Shown here piece by piece: positions 58,780 through 64,000 of a stretch of 64,000 nucleotides of DNA (positions are counted from its first letter, which is position 1; every line of letters begins with the position of its first letter). The translations under genes were made by a program, and so were the position numbers. Source of the stretch: Hemiscyllium ocellatum (lineage: Eukaryota); contig NC_083409.1 in the NCBI RefSeq assembly GCF_020745735.1, positions 10,157,534 to 10,221,533 of the forward strand, given 5' to 3'. The notes beneath the pieces are model-generated. The model searched no databases and was not told the DNA's origin. It was given only the letters and a program-made list of their open reading frames with translations.

Positions 58780-61700
58780 GGCCGGGCGATGTGTAGTAAT
58801 TGCGATGGGGAAGCTGGTGGAGCCCATTGTAGCTCAGAGTGACCACATCTACAGCAAGTGTTGGTTGCTCAAGGCACTCCAGCTCAGAGTTGATGAGCTG
58901 GAATCTGAGCTTCAAACACTGCGACACATCGGGGAGGGGGAGAGTTACCTGGACACTGTGTTTGGGGAGACAGTCACACCTTGTAGGTTAAATGCTTCAA
59001 ATTATAGTCAGTGGTCAGGGACAGGAGGGGGTGACGATAAGTGAGCAGGTCGACGCAGCATGAATGTAGTATTGCAGGAGTCTCAGCTCATTGTCCAACA
59101 GGAATGAGGTACTTGCTCCCTGTGTCAATGAGGAAAAGGATTGTCAGGAGAATGAGCAAATGTAGTGTAAGCATTTTGGTGATAGTGACCAAAGTCTGTA
59201 AGTTTCAAAGTCATCATGTAAAGAGATAAAGATGAAGCAAAAATTAAATGTGTAAACTGGGGGATATCTAATCTCAACTAGGCAAAAGTGAGGACTGCAG
59301 ATGCTGGAAACCAGAGTTTAAATCAGAGTGGTGCTGGAAAAGCACTGCAGGTCACGCAGTATCTGAGGGCAAGAAAATTGACGTTTTGGGCAAAAGTCCT
59401 TCATCAGGAATAGAGGCAGGGAGCCTCCGGGGTGGTGAGATAAATGGGGGTGGGGGGTGGGTTTGGGGAGAAGGTAGCAAAGAGTACAATAGGTGAATGG
59501 GGGTGGGGATGGAGATGATAGATCAGAGGGGAGGGTGGAGCAGATAGGTGGGAAGGGAGATTGGCAGGTAGGACAGGTCAAGAGGATAGTGCTGATCTGG
59601 AAGGTTGGAACTGGGGTAAGGTGGAGAGAGGGGAAATGAGCTCTTCAACTATGTACTGAAAGAGATTCGACTTCACCAGTTTCCTCATTTCCCCTATGAT
59701 TGTATGATTCCATGTGGTTGTCTGTTAACTGCCCTATGGGCAGTAAATATTGGCTTGGCCAGAGATACCCATATCCGATGAATGAATGAATGAAAACCAC
59801 TGCACCATGGTCCAGGAGCCATTCAGGCAGGGTGAGCACAAAGGAAAGAGGAGGATTTGATAATGAGGGGGACTGATACCATCCTTTGTGAGCAGGATTG
59901 AGAGTCCCACATGGTGTGTTGCCTGCCTGGTGCTCAGGTAAGGGGCATCTCGAACCAGCTTGAAAGGATATTGGAGTGGGGCGGGGAGGAGGATCCAGTT
60001 GTTGTCGTGTGTGTTGAGACAACAACATTGGCAACATCGGCAAAAGGTCCTATTTGGGCAATATCAGGAAAGCTATCAGAAGGATATTGATTAAACAGAT
60101 AGAGAGAAATAAGAAAGAGGTAAATACAGCATCAGTGTTGAGGAACAGATTCCAGTGAATGGACCAAATGAGAGTTCTATACATGAATGCACGGAGCGTA
60201 AGGAATAAATACAATAATCTGCGGGCACAAATTCAAATTTAAGATTTTGCTGTCGGATCAATTGCTGAGATATATTTGGTAACTATTCCGGACACCCTCC
60301 AGAAATTTACTACCTTTCTGACAGAGTGCTTGTCTCTCTCCCAATCTAAGTTAGGATTGGGACCTAAATATATCGGGTTATAAGGTTCACAGGATGGACT
60401 TGGGGAAATGACAGAAGAGGTGGAGCAGCCTTATTCATTAGAAACAAAATTACTTCAATGGTGAGGGAGGTTAAAATGAGGAGAAAACATTCAGTGGAAC
60501 TGAGAAGCAGGAAAGGATCTAAAACTGTAATAGATGTTGGATACAGACCCCCCCTGGCAGCAGCTCTGAGGTGCTGGATTGTGTAAATGTAGGAATTAGG
60601 CAAGTGTGCAGCAAAGCCAGTGCATTATTAATGGGGAAGTTTAATTTTAACTTAGATTGGGAGAGAAACAAGCCCTCTGTCAGAAAGGTAGTAAATTTCT
60701 GGAGGGTATCCGGAATAGTTACCAACAGCCATAGGTCCTGGATACAACAAGGGGACAAACAATATTGGAATTAGTAATGAATAATGAGCCAGATTTAGTT
60801 AGTAACTATTTGCACATTAACATTTATCAAATAGTGATCATACCATGATCGAGTTCAATGTCACATTTGAAAGTGAAAAGCATGAATCAGCTGCTAGAGT
60901 TTGAGATTAAGGTAAGGCCTGACTTTAACGAGATGAGACAGGGACTGTCCATAGTAAACTAGGAAAATTTGCTCATGGGTAAAACAACTGAAGAACAGTG
61001 GGGGATGTTTAAAGAAACATTCAACGTAAAACAAAACCAGTTTATACCTGAGAGGGGAAAGCTCCACTTCTTCGAACAAACAGCAATGGACAATAAAAGA
61101 GATTAGGGAAAGAATAAAACTAAAACAAGGGCTTGCAAAAAAGCAAGTAAAATGACATCATCTGCTGAATGGGAAAGATGCAAAGGGCCACAAAGCAGCT
61201 TCGAAGAGCTACCAAAACGGACCCTGAAAGGAAACATGTGAGGGATATCAAAATCAATAAGGAGAAATGTTTCAGTTCCATAAAAGGGAATCTGGGAGGT
61301 TAGGAGCAATGTTGGCATTAAAGACTGAAAGTGGGGGATATTGTCAGTGACAATGGGGAAATGACAGCCATGTTAAAAAAAAATACTTTACCTCAAGATT
61401 TGCAGTAGAAAAGGAAAAGGATTTGCCTGAAGTCCCAAAGGAATGAACAGGGGATTAGGGACAGGGACTGAATAAAATTAATGTCAGAAAAACATCTGTA
61501 ATGAGGAAAATAATGGAACTAAAGAGTGATAAATCCTCAGAATCTGACATTCTCCATCTGAGGGTGATAAAGGTAGCAACAGACCACATTGTAGACACTC
61601 TGACTATAATCTTTCAGAGTACCCTGGATACAGGAGTTAGACCTCTGGCTTGGAAATTTGCAAATGTCACTTCACATTTAACAAGGATGTGAGAGAAAAT

Positions 61701-62230
61701 CCAGGGAATTACAGGTTACTAAGCCAATGTTTGTAGTGCAGAAATTGTTGAAGTCTATAAGCAAGGATGGGGGTAACTGAAGACCTTGAAAATGGTCAGT
61801 TATTCAGGGAGAGTCAGCATGGATTCAATGACAAGGTGGTCATGGTGAAAAACCTCATTGAACTTTTTTGAAGAGGAGACTAACGTACTGGACACAGTAA
61901 TGTCTATGGATGTTGTTTATAGGGACTTACAATAGACATTTAATAGTGTCCTATGTAAGAAAACGTCAACTTCGATATAAGTCCACAGAATTGAGGCTAA
62001 AATACTGACACATTGGAATGCTGGTTGAGTGATAGGTGACCGAAAATAGGGATAATGGGTAAGTGCTGAAATTGGCAGGATGTGACTAGTGGTGTCCAAT
62101 AGGAAAGTGTGCTCACACCTCAATTAGTTACATTATTTATCAATGACTTGGATAATGGCACAGAAAGTCAAATATTTCAGTTTGCTAATGACACAAAGTT
62201 TGGCAGCATTGTAGACAGTGTCAATTGAGT
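58780..62230 (+). mobile_element. Old, fragmented CR1 LINE (ORF1 N-terminus at ~58800-59100, ORF2 remnants to ~62230), with a minus-strand Penelope end inserted at ~59283-59650
   Basis: ORF 58805-59044 (CWLLKALQLRVDELESELQTL). ORF 61501-61692 (LKSDKSSESDILHLRVIK...WKFANVT). RT remnants to ~62220. Confidence 0.75.
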
Positions 62231-62414
62231 CAGAGAGTCATACAGCATTCAACCAGGGCAGTCTTTAACAGAGTATAATTTATCTTTGATATACAACTCC
62301 TTGAACTCCATCTCTCTCTCTCTCACTATATCCCCCTCCTCCTTCACTACCTCAGCTGCATGGATCTCACTCTTATTTTAATCCCTCTTTTCTCTCTCCA
62401 AGCTCCATCCCCCT

Positions 62415-62431
62415 CTCTTTCAAAGCTCCCA

Positions 62432-62475
<44 letters not shown>
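62415..62475. repeat. (CT)n microsatellite
   Basis: Uninterrupted ctctct run of over 40 bp. Confidence 0.95.
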
Positions 62476-62476
<1 letters not shown>

Positions 62477-62739
62477 GAGCACCATCCCTCCCTCATTCTG
62501 AGCTGCTGGGAGTTCGATCTGAGCCAATGCCAGTGAATCCCATGGAGAATAATGACGGGATATTTGGAGTGTGAGTTTGATGATGTAAATGTGAACCATT
62601 GCAACAAAAACATTACAGATGGTTTGTACAGACAGCAAAGCCCAAACCAGAGCATTGTGTCAATCAACACAGAACTTATGAAAGCTTCAATAAAAACGGC
62701 TATTAATGTGATTCTCAGATTATTCTCATTACAAACGGC

Positions 62740-64000
62740 TGTTTCCCAGTGAAGGCCCATCCTGCTGAATATTAGATACAGCTGAGCTTTGGAAAATATT
62801 GGGCAGTTGGAGTGTCATGTGGGGAAGTGTGACCTTGTTCACTTTCACGAGAATCATTCAAATGTGACTGGCACTCTTAAGTTCAAATGGCAATTGGGTA
62901 TAATCCTGAAGGTGTAAGAGATACAGAAACTCACATAGTTCTAGTTATCAATGAGGTCTTATCAACACCCTTTTCACAAATCAATTTTAGAAAAGAATGA
63001 TACACTTCCAATCTTATCTATGCAATCTTCTCGTCTGGGAATGGGGAATGAATCTGGCTTTGTGACTATATTCACTTTCTTAGAGTCTACACAGAATCAA
63101 ATTGAACAGTTTGGTTCAGGAACCAATGCTACAGGAGACCTCCAATTATTCTGACTTGGTTCAATCAACTGATTCCCCAACATGGAAGCCCTCTGTTACG
63201 TTGGCCTGTTTCTGTTGGTTTTTGTTTTATTGTGTCTGAATTACCAATTCCATGTCATATTTGATTCATGTGGTACATCCAAGTGTATCATTACAGGACC
63301 ATAAGATAAAGAAGTGGAATTGGGCCATTTGGCCCATCAAGTCTGGTCTCCCATTTATTTATGGTTAATACCGTCTCTCAGCCTGATTCTCTTACTTTCT
63401 CTGCTGCCCTCTGCAACAATCAGTTCCACAGATTAATGACACTCTGGCTGAAGAAATTCCTCCTCAACTCAGTTCGAAAGGTCGACTCTTCACTCTGAGG
63501 CTGTTCCCTCAGGTCTTCAACTCTCCTATTATTGGAAACATCTTCTCCATGTCCACTCGATCCAGGCCTCTCTGTATTGTGTAAGTTTCAATGACATTCC
63601 CTCTCAGCCGTCTAAACTCCATCAATTACAGAATCAAAGACCTCAACTACTCCGAATACAAACATCTTTGTATTTTCTGAGCAATCTCATTAAATCTACC
63701 TGTTGATCTTTCTCCAGATACAGTATCTGAATTCTCGAATATATCTGAAATTGTTCATCCAATAACAGGAAGTTCCCTTTGGGAATTATCTGATTCGCTT
63801 TGGATCTCTTACATTTTCTGATCCCCTCCTCCATTATACTCACTACTTGACAAACCTGTACATGACACGTTGGTTCCTCAAAAACTGGGAGAGGAATTAA
63901 GGATGCTGGTTTTGTGTTGAGGTTTACCTACAACCTGACAAGTAGTACACGTTTTATAAAACTGCACCACATCTTTATCCAATTGTGGCTCAGTAAAATA
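62740..64000 (-). mobile_element. Decayed CR1-like fragments
   Basis: Reverse complement shows CR1 3' features (ttcttcagccagagtgtcattaatctgtggaactgattgttgcagagggcagcag at ~63400-63455). Confidence 0.65.

Overview
Vertebrate genomic DNA, almost certainly a shark (carpet/bamboo-shark-like; inferred from the Ig type and the repeat families). The window holds two convergent, tail-to-tail immunoglobulin kappa (type III/NS4-like) light-chain clusters related by a large inverted duplication. The minus-strand cluster is complete and unrearranged: leader 51103-51151, V 50621-50917, J 50116-50150, C 39794-40122. Its V recombination signal has only a 10-bp spacer. The plus-strand cluster shows only its J-C intron and C exon (9938-10266); its V and J are not in the window. 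A third, deleted C relic lies at 23343-24165. The rest is mostly retroelements: CR1 LINEs (one nearly intact 4.2-kb copy at ~16820-21043), HE1-like V-SINEs, Penelope-like elements carrying minimal hammerhead-ribozyme motifs, an L2-like fragment and a decayed retrovirus-like RT. The most unusual signals are (i) a conserved in-frame U_UUA_AAC slippery site plus hairpin at the CR1 ORF1/ORF2 junction, suggesting -1 ribosomal frameshifting; (ii) the 10-bp-spacer V RSS; (iii) tiny duplication-flanked hammerhead elements; (iv) the retrovirus-like RT relic; (v) a CTCF+ZNF143-like motif pair between the clusters. No prokaryotic features, CRISPR arrays, rRNA or true tRNA genes were seen. Repeat boundaries are approximate and were judged by eye.
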